A stretch of DNA of 64,000 nucleotides from Rhynchobatus australiae (lineage: Eukaryota): assembly GCA_034780895.1 (NCBI GenBank), contig JAUZTB010000065.1, positions 20,932,864 through 20,996,863 on the forward strand, in the 5' to 3' direction. The notes beneath the pieces were generated by a model. The model saw nothing but the letters and a program-made list of their open reading frames with translations, was not told the DNA's origin and did no database searches. The first letter of the stretch is position 1; each line of letters starts with the position of its first letter. Below are positions 25,960 through 38,995 of this stretch, piece after piece. The translations under genes and the position numbers were made by a program.

Positions 25960-28032
25960 GGAAATTTTCGAATTCAGCAAATGATGACCAAGAAATTGAT
26001 AAAGAAAGGTAGGATGGAATCTGAGAGTAGACTGGCACAAAGTATAGAAATGGATTGTGAGAGCTTTTATAAGGAAAGATGAACAATGCAAGTGTGGGCC
26101 CCCTATATTCAGGGACAGATTATTTTATAATGGGAATAAGGGCAGAGGAATTAAGCAATTATTTTGCATCTGTCTTTATGGAAGAAGGCACACAAAACCT
26201 GCCAGATATATGAGAGAATCAATTGTCTTGAGAGAATGAGGAACTGAAGGAATTTAATATTAGTCAAAGATAGTACTGGAGAAGTTGGAGAGTTGATAAA
26301 TTCTGAAGACCTAATATTGACATCCTGGAATTTTGAAAGACGAGGCTGTAGAGATAATGGATAATGGTTATCATCTTCCAAAGTTCCATAAATTTTGGAG
26401 TTATTCCTGTGGATTGGAGGAAAGCAAAATGGCCTGATTATTTAAGAAAGGAAGGAGAGAGAAAACAGGGATCTGTCAGCCGAACATTAGTCGTATGGAA
26501 AATACTGGAATGCATAATGAGGGATGTGATAATAGACCACCTTGACTGGGTATGATTGAGCAGAACCAATATGAATTTATGAAAGGAAAATCATTCATGA
26601 GGAAAGATGTTTCATCAGAAATGGGAAAAAAGAAAACAAATTAGCTTTAAGTTTCAATAAGGATGTGGGAGGGGTGGATGGGACAAAGGGAATATGTCTG
26701 TTTGTGTGAAGCTAGGGTCACCATGGAGATAAGTTGTAGAGGTCAGGGGTTAATGGATACTGGTTGTGGTTAGAGAGAAGCTAAACAAAAGCTGTGAGAT
26801 GAGGGCAGTTTGAGGGTCAGAACTCAAATAAAGGACCATAGAAATTGTGAAGTGCAGAGGTGTAGGACATGCCAGGAAGGTAAGGCCGAAGAGAATAGCT
26901 TATGTAAAAAAAATCAATCCTGATGCAGACCAGGAAACAGAGTTAGAATTTGTTATTGAGTCCAGAGGCTATAACATTCCCAAATGGAAGTAAAACATCT
27001 CATGTTCTGTCTGCTGCATTGCAACCTTCCTCAATGCCGAAGGATTGCCTGGGATAGCACACTGACAGAGGATTGTTTATCCTGCCAGTGAATCTGGAGA
27101 GATTTGTGGAGATACTATTAGAGGTGTCTTTCCAGTGTCTTGAAGTGCCTGTTGTACGTAGTCCAGGTCTCAAGAGCATGCAGTAAGACAGAGCTCACTG
27201 CTGTCTGGTAGACCATGAGTTTGGTGCCAGGTTTGAGCCATTAATTTTAAACCACCCTTTTTCTTAATTGATCAAAGGCTGTGCTGGATCATCAAAGATG
27301 ACAGTAAATTTAATCACTGACGTTTACTTTTTTTGAGATTAACTCCTGCGATATAGGAAGTGTCAGATACAGTGCAATGTGGACAAATGTGAGGTTATCC
27401 TCTTTAGTGGCAAAAATAGGAAGGAAGATTATTATCAGAACAGTGATGGATTAGGAAAGAGAGAGGTTAAACAAAACCTGGGTGCCATAGTATATCAATT
27501 GGGAAAGTAAGTATGCAGATGCAGCAGGAAAGTAAGCAGTCAAATGATATGTTGGGCTGCATAGTGAGACAATTTGAGTACAGGAACAGGGATGTCCTTC
27601 TGAAATTGTATGGGGAATTGGTGGGACCGCACCTTGTGCAGTTTTGTTCTCCTCATCCAAGGAAGGATGTTCCTGCTATGGAGGGTGCAGTGAAAGTTCA
27701 CCAGCCTGACTCCTGAGATGGATGGACTGACATATAAGATTATTGGTTTTATATTCCCGAGAGTTTGGAAGAATGAGAGGGGACCTCAATGAAACGTATA
27801 AAATTCTGATGGGACTGAACAAACAAGATGCAATGAGGATCTTCCCCATGGTACGAAAGACCAGATCTGGGGTTACAGCCAAAGGATACAGGGTAATTCA
27901 TTTAGGACTGAGATGAGCAAGGAATTTCTTCACTCAAAAAGTAGTGAATTGCCAGAGAATGTAGTTGAGGCAAAATCATGAAATATTTTCAAGAAAGAGT
28001 TGGATATAGTTCTTATGGTGAAGAGATCAATG
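25960..28032 (+). mobile_element. Composite: CR1 fragments (25960-26600, 27370-28032) around Penelope-like (about 26600-27030) and minus-strand RTE-like (about 27040-27360) pieces
   Basis: IFQSSINFGVIPVDWRKA and SNDMLGCIVRQFEYRNRDVLLKLYGELVGPHL are CR1 ORF2. The minus strand at 27100-27240 gives KPGTKLMVY...ETWTTY.RH (RTE). Confidence 0.7.
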
Positions 28033-29469
28033 NNNNNNNNNNNNNNNNNNNNNNNNNNNNNNNNNNNNNNNNNNNNNNNNNNNNNNNNNNNNNNNNNNNN
28101 NNNNNNNNNNNNNNNNNNNNNNNNNNNNNNNNNNNNNNNNNNNNNNNNNNNNNNNNNNNNNNNNNNNNNNNNNNNNNNNNNNNNNNNNNNNNNNNNNNNN
28201 NNNNNNNNNNNNNNNNNNNNNNNNNNNNNNNNNNNNNNNNNNNNNNNNNNNNNNNNNNNNNNNNNNNNNNNNNNNNNNNNNNNNNNNNNNNNNNNNNNNN
28301 NNNNNNNNNNNNNNNNNNNNNNNNNNNNNNNNNNNNNNNNNNNNNNNNNNNNNNNNNNNNNNNNNNNNNNNNNNNNNNNNNNNNNNNNNNNNNNNNNNNN
28401 NNNNNNNNNNNNNNNNNNNNNNNNNNNNNNNNNNNNNNNNNNNNNNNNNNNNNNNNNNNNNNNNNNNNNNNNNNNNNNNNNNNNNNNNNNNNNNNNNNNN
28501 NNNNNNNNNNNNNNNNNNNNNNNNNNNNNNNNNNNNNNNNNNNNNNNNNNNNNNNNNNNNNNNNNNNNNNNNNNNNNNNNNNNNNNNNNNNNNNNNNNNN
28601 NNNNNNNNNNNNNNNNNNNNNNNNNNNNNNNNNNNNNNNNNNNNNNNNNNNNNNNNNTGGTGAACACAATATATTCAAGTTAATAATCTGTATCAGATGT
28701 TTCCATTTTGTTTTATGTTAAAAAAAAGCAAATCACCTGCAAGTTAAACTATTTAATATTCCTTGCATTCATAGATCTAGTAAACTGCTCTGACTCAGAA
28801 GTCCTAGTTAACAACTCATATGAGTTACAATTTATCCCAAGAATTTATGATTTTTGCTGACAAGAGAGATTATGTTTAGTTTCCATGACTAATATTCCAA
28901 CACTTCCATGTGTCTAGTTTTCTTCGGTGACTCTGCTTGCACTAAAAGATCCTTATGCAATGAAATATTGGAGTCATGAATGAGACATTTGTTCTGCTGC
29001 TGGTGTGGTGATGCCATATATCTGAACCACACTTTCCTCAGTTGTTTAAGATGTCTCTGCTTACCAACATAACAATGACTTTTCTGGAATTTGCATTTGA
29101 ATTCTCAGTTATATAATTTGAAAAATAGGGCCTTGCCTCTTTGACAGAATTCTCACCACTGATGTCTAGAAAAAAACATTCTACTTAGATAAAACAAAAT
29201 AGACGCACCTTAAAATATAACAAAATTAAACACTTAACATAGTGCTGAATTCTTGGTTGCAAAAATGGTATCAGTTGTGTAGATTTACATGTTGATTATA
29301 GCCATATTTTATAAAAGCTTGTTGTTATCCCAGATATTTCAAATGGGCATGTTTAGACATGGTGGGACAAATCTGCTAACATTATTGTATTTTTCATTGA
29401 ATAGCTTCAGCTTTTGAATTGGTCACAGCTTAATGTTCATGCCCACCACTAAATTAAATATGAGATTAT

Positions 29470-29810
29470 TGTTAAAGTGATTTATGGAGCACTTTTGGCC
29501 TTGAGTTATGAGTGGCCCAAGATGTTTGTATATTTTTTCTAGAGCAGGCACATAGAGTATAACTACTGTCACGAGTCACATAAAAAATGGACATGATAAG
29601 AATGGCAGTTTTTTCTTCCACAAAAGATATTAGTGAACTTAATGAGTATTTATGCTGGCTTGGTAAATTAATCAATTACTAATAGAATTAAAATTCTCCA
29701 GCTGGCATGGCAGGATTCAACCTGACAACAATAGACAACTAGTCAAGACCTCTGGATTAGTAACTTCACTAGCAAGTTACGTGAGTCATAGTCTAGTAAC
29801 TTCATCACAA
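29470..29810 (-). mobile_element. Old SINE-like dispersed repeat, related copy at 56290-56620 (+)
   Basis: Shared decayed segments such as aatccagagg/agctggagaattttaattc and a gcataaatactc...gtgggcatga-type tail. Confidence 0.4.
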
Positions 29811-31134
29811 CAATATTGAATGCATGTAGTTACAAATTTAATAATTACAAACATTTAGGAGATGATTGTAGGAACAAAAAGTTGTTAGTAATGATTTTAA
29901 ATATATTTTACTACTGGTAATAAGAAATGTATCTACTAATTATCTGGCCATGGTACATTACACTCTGTATGGGAACTTTTCTACCCCTATAATTTCTGAC
30001 CCACATTCTCCATTCAGTGATTACAGATTACTGTTTTTCTCCCCTCCAATGTCTCCCCGGATCTTTTATCAATGTATCACTGTTCCTTATCTGCAAAAAC
30101 CTCAATTTCTCCTTTCCCAGTGCCTTGCCCACACCATCTCCTTTGCTTCTTGCTTGGGATACTCTACTATCCATGCAGAAGGGATATGTTATTTAGATGT
30201 GAAAATCTATTTAGTGTAAAGGGTTTCAGCATAAGGAATTTTGTACTCCAATGACAGTCATTTCTGGCCAATAACAAACTTTGGCAGCCAGATTTTGCTT
30301 ATAGCTAAATAGGTTGAACAATCTCTCAAAACAGCAGATTTCTAGGAATTCAATACCTTCCTACACTTTGACAGAAGGAAGCCCGAAGGCAGATCAGTAG
30401 CACTGAGAATAAATAGATGTGATAGAAACAGACAATAAGTGAGGTGCAAGTTATATTGGCAGTTAAAGGATATGATGAGATAAGAAGTTAATGAAAATCC
30501 TTGTTGAATAACTAAAAGGAGAATTTTGTTTTGTAATTGGTGAATCAGTGTATATATAAAAATGTGAAGCATGTCCTGCATACACAATAATGGCATTAGT
30601 ACAAATGGGTTAATATGTAAAGAAAGCCCTGCTGCCAAATTCAGTTCTTTGCTATTTTTGTTTGCCAGGCACAGATAATGGTAGTATCTGGACATATTCC
30701 TTCTGTGGTTGCAAGTGGAATCATTACCTCAATGTTTTATATTAATTTGCTTATTTTCACATTCAATATTAAGTATTGAGAATCCGCTTTGTTTTGGGTA
30801 CAAGTCCTAGAGCACAAGACACAGACCTTTAACATTACATTTGTCTGGTTGTATTGTATTTGTAGTGTATTTAATCTGTTCCTTTATTTGTTACGAGGTT
30901 GGTCATCAGATTAACATGAGGGTGATCTGAACGATTTACAAATAAGAAAAATGGTCATTTAAAGTTATTTTTAAATGATTCAATATTTGTGCAATTTTTA
31001 CTGAAAATTTTGAACATAAAAAGTATGTTTCAATTTAGTTCTGTATACAGTTGACAGATAATTAAGTTAATTCTTTCTGGAATTAATTATTGCAGGACCA
31101 AAGAAAAACTAGGAAATAATCCATTCCTTTGGAG

Positions 31135-31189
31135 ATGGAAAGCAAAGACGAAGTCAGTGATTCTGATAGTGGAGTCATTCTCCAATCAG
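31135..31189 (+). CDS. INAVA: INAVA coding exon 1 (MESKDEVSDSDSGVILQS + G, phase 1); exon begins at 31096 with 39 nt of 5' UTR
   Basis: Acceptor ttattgcAG at 31094-31095, GAGATGG start context at 31135, donor G|gtaaac at 31190. Peptide is nearly identical to the recalled human INAVA segment MESKDEVSDTDSGIILQSG. Confidence 0.9.
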
Positions 31190-31622
31190 GTAAACTTCTT
31201 TTCATTATTTTGTAATATTATTTGTTCTTGATCAAATCAACCCATTTCTTTAGTGTACCTTATTGCTTTTTGATCTGACTGTTTTTTTTTCCCCCCATTT
31301 AATGTTGGCTTCATTTATGGCCTTGAATATGAACTCATTTGAAGGAAAGGGATGACACTTGAGATATGGTAACATGTGCAAAGTTTCCATTGTGAACTCT
31401 TTTTTTGTTGACTTCAATAGAGCTGAAATTCAGTAGTAGACTTCAAAATGCACATGTTACCATATCTCAAGTTTGCTGCATTGAGTACCAGTTGCTTCTC
31501 CTTTATTTTTTATTATGAATGTTGCTGCCAAATAATATTCTTAATAACTCCGAGGCTTTTTTTTAATCATTCTCTCTTCCCATATGATTATCAAGCTAAG
31601 TCGATTTATTTCCTTGGTTTTC

Positions 31623-31732
31623 TAGAAACCAATCTACAGAACCTTTTCTTATATGACAACCTGCCCATTTGAGATTACTACCTCGAATGGGCAGGTTGTC
31701 ATATAAGAAAAGGTTCTATAGATTGGTTTCTA
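31623..31732. repeat. Inverted repeat: 51-bp arms (31623-31673, 31682-31732), 8-nt loop, 2 mismatches
   Basis: Left tagaaaccaatctacagaaccttttcttatatgacaacctgcccatttgag; reverse complement of right tagaaaccaatctatagaaccttttcttatatgacaacctgcccattcgag. Confidence 0.97.
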
Positions 31733-32085
31733 TTTGCTGGTGTTTAGAAAGGTGAGAGTGGACTTGAAATAAATAAGATCCTGAGTGGTTTTCATAGGTT
31801 GGATATGGAGGGGTTATTTGTGGGACTAATGATCACTGTTTAAAAATTATGAGTCAGCCATTTAAGATGGAGATGGGGCTTTTTCTTTACCACCTCAGAG
31901 ATTAATGAGTCTTTGGAACTCTTTTCTGAAGGGCAATAGAAATAGAATCTCCAAATATTTTCAAGGCAGAAGTAGGAAACAAGGGTCTGAAAAGTTACCA
32001 TGGGTAGACAGGAATGCACATCACCCATGACCTTAATAAATTGCAGAGCAGGCTTGACAGGCAAGTGGCCACTTAAGCTCCTAAT
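31682..32085 (+). mobile_element. 5'-truncated CR1 LINE 3' fragment
   Basis: LSYKKRF.RL..YLL.FRK.R.DL motif and tail gcagagcaggcttgacaggcaagtggccact...ctcctaat. Confidence 0.75.
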
Positions 32086-34879
32086 ATGTACATTAATAAA
32101 AACATATGTTCAATCAATCTGCTTCTTTTTGACAAGAGGGAAAGGAATATGGTCAATTCTCATTCAATAGAGAACATTTTACAGCATTCCATTTTATGGA
32201 ATGGCATTCCATTCCATTTTACGGCAATGGGTAAACTGAAAGATGTTACAAATATCTCCAGGTCAAAAGTGGAAGGTTACAATACATTACAATGGCAATC
32301 ATTAACACCAATGTGTCCTTTGCTCTGTTGTTACATTGCAGTTGTAGGTGCAGCATATGGCTGACTTAGCCACTCTCACTCCCTTGAAATCATGCTGCTC
32401 TGCTGGGAAATACTATTAATGCACCAATGCATGAGTGCAACTGGTTTGTACAGAATGACTGAAGTTAAGACAATATTCCTTCACCAAAAATTAGGGGGCT
32501 GTGTGGGAGAGAAGGGTTAGATAGGTCTTAGAGCAGGATAAAATTTTGGCACAACATTGTGGGTCGAAGGTCCTGTACTGTGCTGTAGTGTTCTATGTTC
32601 TATTGGAATTTTATACCATTTTCATCAATTTTGAAACAAGCACTTAAATTGAGAACCTCTATGTAGAACCATTAGCATTCCTGATTTTACTTGCAGTATG
32701 TCACTTATTGCATTGGGTTTCTGTAAAATAATGTTGTACCGTCTCTACCAGTAGCTATCAGGAGCCATTAAAAATGTTTTGAGACTTAGTGAACTTCACC
32801 TCCTTTGTATTATCAGGAATCACTATAACTAGTATGACTATTGTTTGCTGTTAACAAATAGAAAGGATGAAGTGGCTTTACTCTAAACCTGATTCAGAGC
32901 TCAGCTTTAGTATTTTTACTTTTTAGATGGTGCAATTAGTGCAATGGAAACATATTTTACCAGTAAGGATGGTTGAACCCTGAGAGGGCATCTTGAGATT
33001 TGCCAGGAAGGAATTATTTGCATGAATACTAGTTATAACAAGGTTATGGAAAATGCTGGAGTNNNNNNNNNNNNNNNNNNNNNNNNNNNNNNNNNNNNNN
33101 NNNNNNNNNNNNNNNNNNNNNNNNNNNNNNNNNNNNNNNNNNNNNNNNNNNNNNNNNNNNNNNNNNNNNNNNNNNNNNNNNNNNNNNNNNNNNNNNNNNN
33201 NNNNNNNNNNNNNNNNNNNNNNNNNNNNNNNNNNNNNNNNNNNNNNNNNNNNNNNNNNNNNNNNNNNNNNNNNNNNNNNNNNNNNNNNNNNNNNNNNNNN
33301 NNNNNNNNNNNNNNNNNNNNNNNNNNNNNNNNNNNNNNNNNNNNNNNNNNNNNNNNNNNNNTTAATGAAACATTTCAATAACTGTTACCAATAGCAAATA
33401 CACAGTTTCTATTATACAACTTTTACTTTCAATGCAAAGTGCTGAATATTCCACTTGGTTTGGTTTTGGTTAGATATTTTGAAACTCACACCATAAATAT
33501 TAAAATGAGGTGGAAATCTGATTACTGGGTACTATGATCATTTGCAAATAGAAGTGCAATGTTGCTCAAAGAAAATTGTTGAAAAGTCAAAGCTAATACA
33601 TTAAAATATGACCTCTGGTCCTTCAAAGTCAAAATGTTATTCACTCTGTACATTGAAACTGAACATAATAGAAAATTCCTCTTATAATCTGTGTACAATG
33701 GAAGGGACCCCTTAGTAGTGTCAATGCATCAGTGCAGAGGACCTGTTCTCCCTTCAATTATACCAGAATGCTGAATGTAGTGGATAAATTAGCACCTACT
33801 CAAAGAAACTCGTTAAGCAAATGTTCCATGACAAGCATGTTTTAACAGGTTTGCTGTTACATTGTATCCAATTTAACATTGCTATTTTTAAAGCTTAGGT
33901 TTAAAGTTTTTTAAAAAAAATTGAAATTCATGCTCTGCTATTATGATGAAGGTCCCAATTTCGTCAAAAAAAGAAATATATTGAAGAATTTCTGACATTC
34001 AGACGTTAAGAGCCTACTTTATGATTTCAAAGCATTTATCAATGAAAGCATGCAGAAGAGCATATTATTCTAGATTAGGGATATATACAAATTAGAATTG
34101 TTTCTATATTTCCATACTAAAAATGTATGATATCTGTTCAGAACATTTCTTCTGTAGAAAGAAATCGAAACAAAATATGTTACAAATGCTGGAGTAGTGA
34201 AGCCTAATTTATCTCCAGCAGGGAGAGCAACAACAATGATTTCATTGTGTCCACAACGTATCACATGGTGCTGTGATAATGGGGTAGGTTAGAGTACACC
34301 AGGGACAGTAGCTGCAAACTATGTGATTAGTGTGGATTGAAGATGGCACAATTGCCAAAGTTCAGAATTACTCCTCCAGCTCTGTGCTCAAAATGACATT
34401 TTGTTTTAATTATAAATGCTACTGTTTTAAAGTTATTTAGCAGAATATCACTGNNNNNNNNNNNNNNNNNNNNNNNNNNNNNNNNNNNNNNNNNNNNNNN
34501 NNNNNNNNNNNNNNNNNNNNNNNNNNNNNNNNNNNNNNNNNNNNNNNNNNNNNNNNNNNNNNNNNNNNNNNNNNNNNNNNNNNNNNNNNNNNNNNNNNNN
34601 NNNNNNNNNNNNNNNNNNNNNNNNNNNNNNNNNNNNNNNNNNNNNNNNNNNNNNNNNNNNNNNNNNNNNNNNNNNNNNNNNNNNNNNNNNNNNNNNNNNN
34701 NNNNNNNNNNNNNNNNNNNNNNNNNNNNNNNNNNNNNNNNNNNNNNNNNNNNNNNNNNNNNNNNNNNNNNNNNNNNNNNNNNNNNNNNNNNNNNNNNNNN
34801 NNNNNNNNNNNNNNNNNNNNNNNNNNNNNNNNNNNNNNNNNNNNNNTGCAAAGTTCAAAATAAAGTTGAGGCTAATTAT

Positions 34880-35385
34880 TTAGCAAGCAGCCAAAAAGGC
34901 TTTTATTCTGAAAGGAATTGAGCATAAGATTAAAGCCATCCTGCCCCAGTTATACTGAGTACTGGAGAGAAGCCAGAGTACAGCTCGATTGATTAGATGG
35001 TGGGATTGCCATATTAGGAGAGGTTAAGGTGCTGAATTGTATTGAGTTTAGAAGAGTGAGAGGTGATCTCATTGAAACATACAAAGTTCTTAAGGGAATC
35101 AACAGGATAGGTGTGGAACTGATGATCCCTTAGACTGGGGCGCCTAGAACTAAGGGTCACAGTTTCAAAATGAGGAGTCAGCCATACAAACCAGAGGTGA
35201 GAAGAAATTACTCTATGCAGAAGGTATGGAACTGACTATCCAAGAGTGTCAGTTGCTAAGTATATGCATGACAGAAATCAATAGATGTTTAGATTGTAAG
35301 GGAATCAAGGTATACAGTGAGGTAAAAGTGCCAAAATCATTGAATGACAGAGCAGGCAGGAGGAGTCTTATGTTCTTTTGTGTTT
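34880..35385 (+). mobile_element. CR1 LINE 3' fragment
   Basis: EFRRVRGDLIETYK.L.G and RTKGHSFKMRSQPYKPE motifs. Confidence 0.8.
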
Positions 35386-36229
35386 ATGCACACTCCAAAA
35401 ATGCCCTCCAATGTTGGACTCCTCATGCAGATCGTAAATAGTTTGGTGTCACTCAAGGTTAACAAATTATTCAGTCCAGATTAGATGCAGCCCAGCTTTA
35501 TAAGGGAAGGACGGAGGTATCAGAATTCTGGCCACAATGTTTCAGTTTTTCCTGATTATGGGANNNNNNNNNNNNNNNNNNNNNNNNNNNNNNNNNNNNN
35601 NNNNNNNNNNNNNNNNNNNNNNNNNNNNNNNNNNNNNNNNNNNNNNNNNNNNNNNNNNNNNNNNNNNNNNNNNNNNNNNNNNNNNNNNNNNNNNNNNNNN
35701 NNNNNNNNNNNNNNNNNNNNNNNNNNNNNNNNNNNNNNNNNNNNNNNNNNNNNNNNNNNNNNNNNNNNNNNNNNNNNNNNNNNNNNNNNNNNNNNNNNNN
35801 NNNNNNNNNNNNTAGAGAGTAAAGTTTTTATGTGTGTAGATGATATCACATTTCATAATGCATTAAACAGGTTCCTGTAGAGGGCTTCAGGAGGATGTAG
35901 ATTGAATAGTAAAGCAAAGAGATATCTGGCAAATGGTGTTTAATGATGAAGCTAGGTCCACAAACCAGGAACTTGGGCTTGGAAGCTCGCTGTACAAGTA
36001 AACAGGGCACAGAATTTGGCCCTGGTTAATGGCGTGTTGCATTATATTAATAAACTATGACGATGTATTTCTTGGTTGATCTGAAAATTCTGCTCTGAGT
36101 TAAAATGGCATATGGAAACTACAAATCATTTTAGAAATAACTTTTGAGAACGTGATAAAATAGCCAGAGTTTCCTGTCTTGACCCTAATTTCAAATTGCA
36201 TGTGTTTATAGCTGACAGCTGAAAATTTA

Positions 36230-36780
36230 AAGTCATGTTATAACCACCATAAGCCAAGCCTAGACCACACCTGGTGTACTGCATTCTGTTATGGTCACCA
36301 CACCTTATTCAACAAGTACATTGCTTTTAGAAAGAGTGCACTGCAGAATTACCACAGTAATAGTTGGTGAAATCATGAGGAGGAATTCCACAAGATTGTT
36401 GTATCCCTGGGGGGAAAGAGTTTGGAAGTTTGAAAACTGATCTGGTCAAATTTCTCAAGATTCTAACGGAGAACTGATAGGGTAAATATAGGAAAATTAT
36501 TTTTTGCTGGTTAGGGAATCTAGGAGTCTGGAACATAGCCTGAAAATGAGAGCAAGGAGTAAAATTTGGAAACCAGTCAACACAGAAATGATGTTAGAAA
36601 TTTGGAATTTCTTCTGGAAATTACAATTGTTAATCTTAAGTCTAAGATGATTGACATCTGCTTAGCAAAAACAAAATGAGACCTTAAAATGGAAAAAGAA
36701 GTCAAAGGAGGAGATGAGACATGATTTCATTGTCTGATGGAACACACTTGAGGGACCACCATACTCCTTTATGCCTCTAA
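36230..36780 (+). mobile_element. Decayed CR1 LINE 3' fragment
   Basis: RPHL.YCI.LWSP and ESRSLEHSLKMR motifs. Confidence 0.65.
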
Positions 36781-38659
36781 CAGACTGAGAATAGCTGGGT
36801 GTCCTCCCTTGGCACTTAGCCTGACTGCACCATCTGTTTACATCGCAAGAAAACTCACTTGAAAGAGCAGATGGTGATGCTGTCATCAGTGCAAAGGTCA
36901 ATAAACTCAGGATTTGGGAACGTCAGCTTAAAACATTACTCAGCTGAAACATTTTGGCCACGCCTTTTGGAATTTAACCAAATTCCTAATTCCCAGCACA
37001 TTTATAAATCAAGATTACTCTGGAATATTTCCCAATGAACAAAATTAGCTCCCCTCCTACCATTTCCACTTTATTTTAATCTTGTCAATTCAAGGGAATA
37101 CAGCTCATTTGTGAAAATTTTATTCCTTTGGTTAATCCTGCATTGCATTCCCGTCCAAGCTAGTCCATGTTTTGTAATGTGTAGTGTCCAGACCTAACAA
37201 AGCACTGAGGCAATGCAGAACAGGCTGTCGAGCCAAAAGGCCATCTATCCCTTTGCCTCCACAAAGCTGCCTGACTCGCTGAGTTCCTCCAGCAGTTTGT
37301 TTTTTGCTCCAGAGCCCAGCATCTGCAGTGTCTTGTGTCTCCAATGCAGAGTGGAAACTTGACTTCATGCTCTCATCTGTTAGACACATAATTCCAAATC
37401 AGGGTCAAGAAAGAAAATTCTCACTCAGTCTTCCCTTTCCAAAATCGATGCTTCAACCTCTGACAAGAAGTCCGGCACTATTAGGGATAAAGTAGCTCAC
37501 TTGATTAGTACTCCATTCTCCACCTTGACCATTCATTTCTTGCAGCGTGCAATATCTCAACAAGGTACTTTCATTAACAGCTCCCAAGTACATGTTCTCT
37601 ACCAGCAAGAAGAACAAGGGGTGTAGGTGTATGGAAATACCATCAGCTAGAAGCTCTGCTCCAAGTCACATGTCCATCCTGATTTAGGTTCGGGCAAATT
37701 CTTACAGTGCAATTGGTTAGGTTATTCCAGGATTTAAACCCAATGAGGATGAAGGACTGGCAACAAATTCCAAGTCAGCATGATATGAAACTTAGTGGTG
37801 CTGGTGTTCCCATTCATCTACTGGCCTTGTCATGTGTGCACTTTTTGATGGTAATACTGTTGTCACTATGTGTCCATGGTGATGTTTAGAGTGGTAAATT
37901 AGTACTGATTAAGCAAGCTACTTTATCCTGGATGGTGTCAAGCTTCCTAATAGTTGTTGAAGCTGCATTCATTCAGGAAAGTAAAGAGCATTCTGACTTG
38001 GCCTTGTGAGTGGTAGAAAAGATTAGTCGCATCTGGAGGTGAGTCACTTGCCACAAGATACCCAGCTTCTGGACAGCTGTTGTAGCTAGAGCACTTGTGG
38101 CTGATCAAGTTGATGTTTTGGTGAATGATGACACCCAGAATTATTGATGGTGGGGGACTTGGTGATGGTAATGCTGTTGAGTAACAGGAGTATATGGTAG
38201 ATTCTTTCGTACTAAAGAAGAGCAATTCTTAACACTAATGCAGTGCAATTATTGTTTATTGCTTGGGAATGGGATTGATGGGATTCCCTATGCCTGAATG
38301 ATGTCTTGGTCTTGTTGGATGAAGGCATGGACTGCTTCATATTGTTGAGGAGTTATGAATGGAACTGCACATTATGAANNNNNNNNNNNNNNNNNNNNNN
38401 NNNNNNNNNNNNNNNNNNNNNNNNNNNNNNNNNNNNNNNNNNNNNNNNNNNNNNNNNNNNNNNNNNNNNNNNNNNNNNNNNNNNNNNNNNNNNNNNNNNN
38501 NNNNNNNNNNNNNNNNNNNNNNNNNNNNNNNNNNNNNNNNNNNNNNNNNNNNNNNNNNNNNNNNNNNNNNNNNNNNNNNNNNGACTTCAATTTTACCAAG
38601 CCCTTCAATGCCACCCTCAATCAAATGTTGCCTCAATGTCAAGGGCAGCCATTTTCCCC

Positions 38660-38995
38660 TCAGAGCATAGTTTATAGTGCTGCTGCCTCACCACTCCAGT
38701 GACCTGGGTTCAATTCTGACCTCTGGTGTCAACTCTATGGCATGTGCATGCCTTCCCTGTGACTGCATGGTTTTCCCTAGAGTACCCACATCCCAGAGAT
38801 GTGCCATTTGGTAGACTATTTTGCAACTGAAAATGACCCATCATGTAGATGAGTGGTAGAAGAATCAGAATGAACTGGATGAGCATGTGAAAGACAATAG
38901 CTTACAGAGAAAGAAGTAGGGGGGTGAGATTGGTGGCATTGCTTTGAGATTGGGGAGATTGGCCTCTTTCTATGCCGTACGCAAATATGAAAACA
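38660..38995 (+). mobile_element. tRNA-derived V-SINE, inserted in a decayed LINE
   Basis: gctgctgcctcac...cagtgacctgggttcaattctgacctctggtg head; similar to 8711-9085. Confidence 0.75.
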
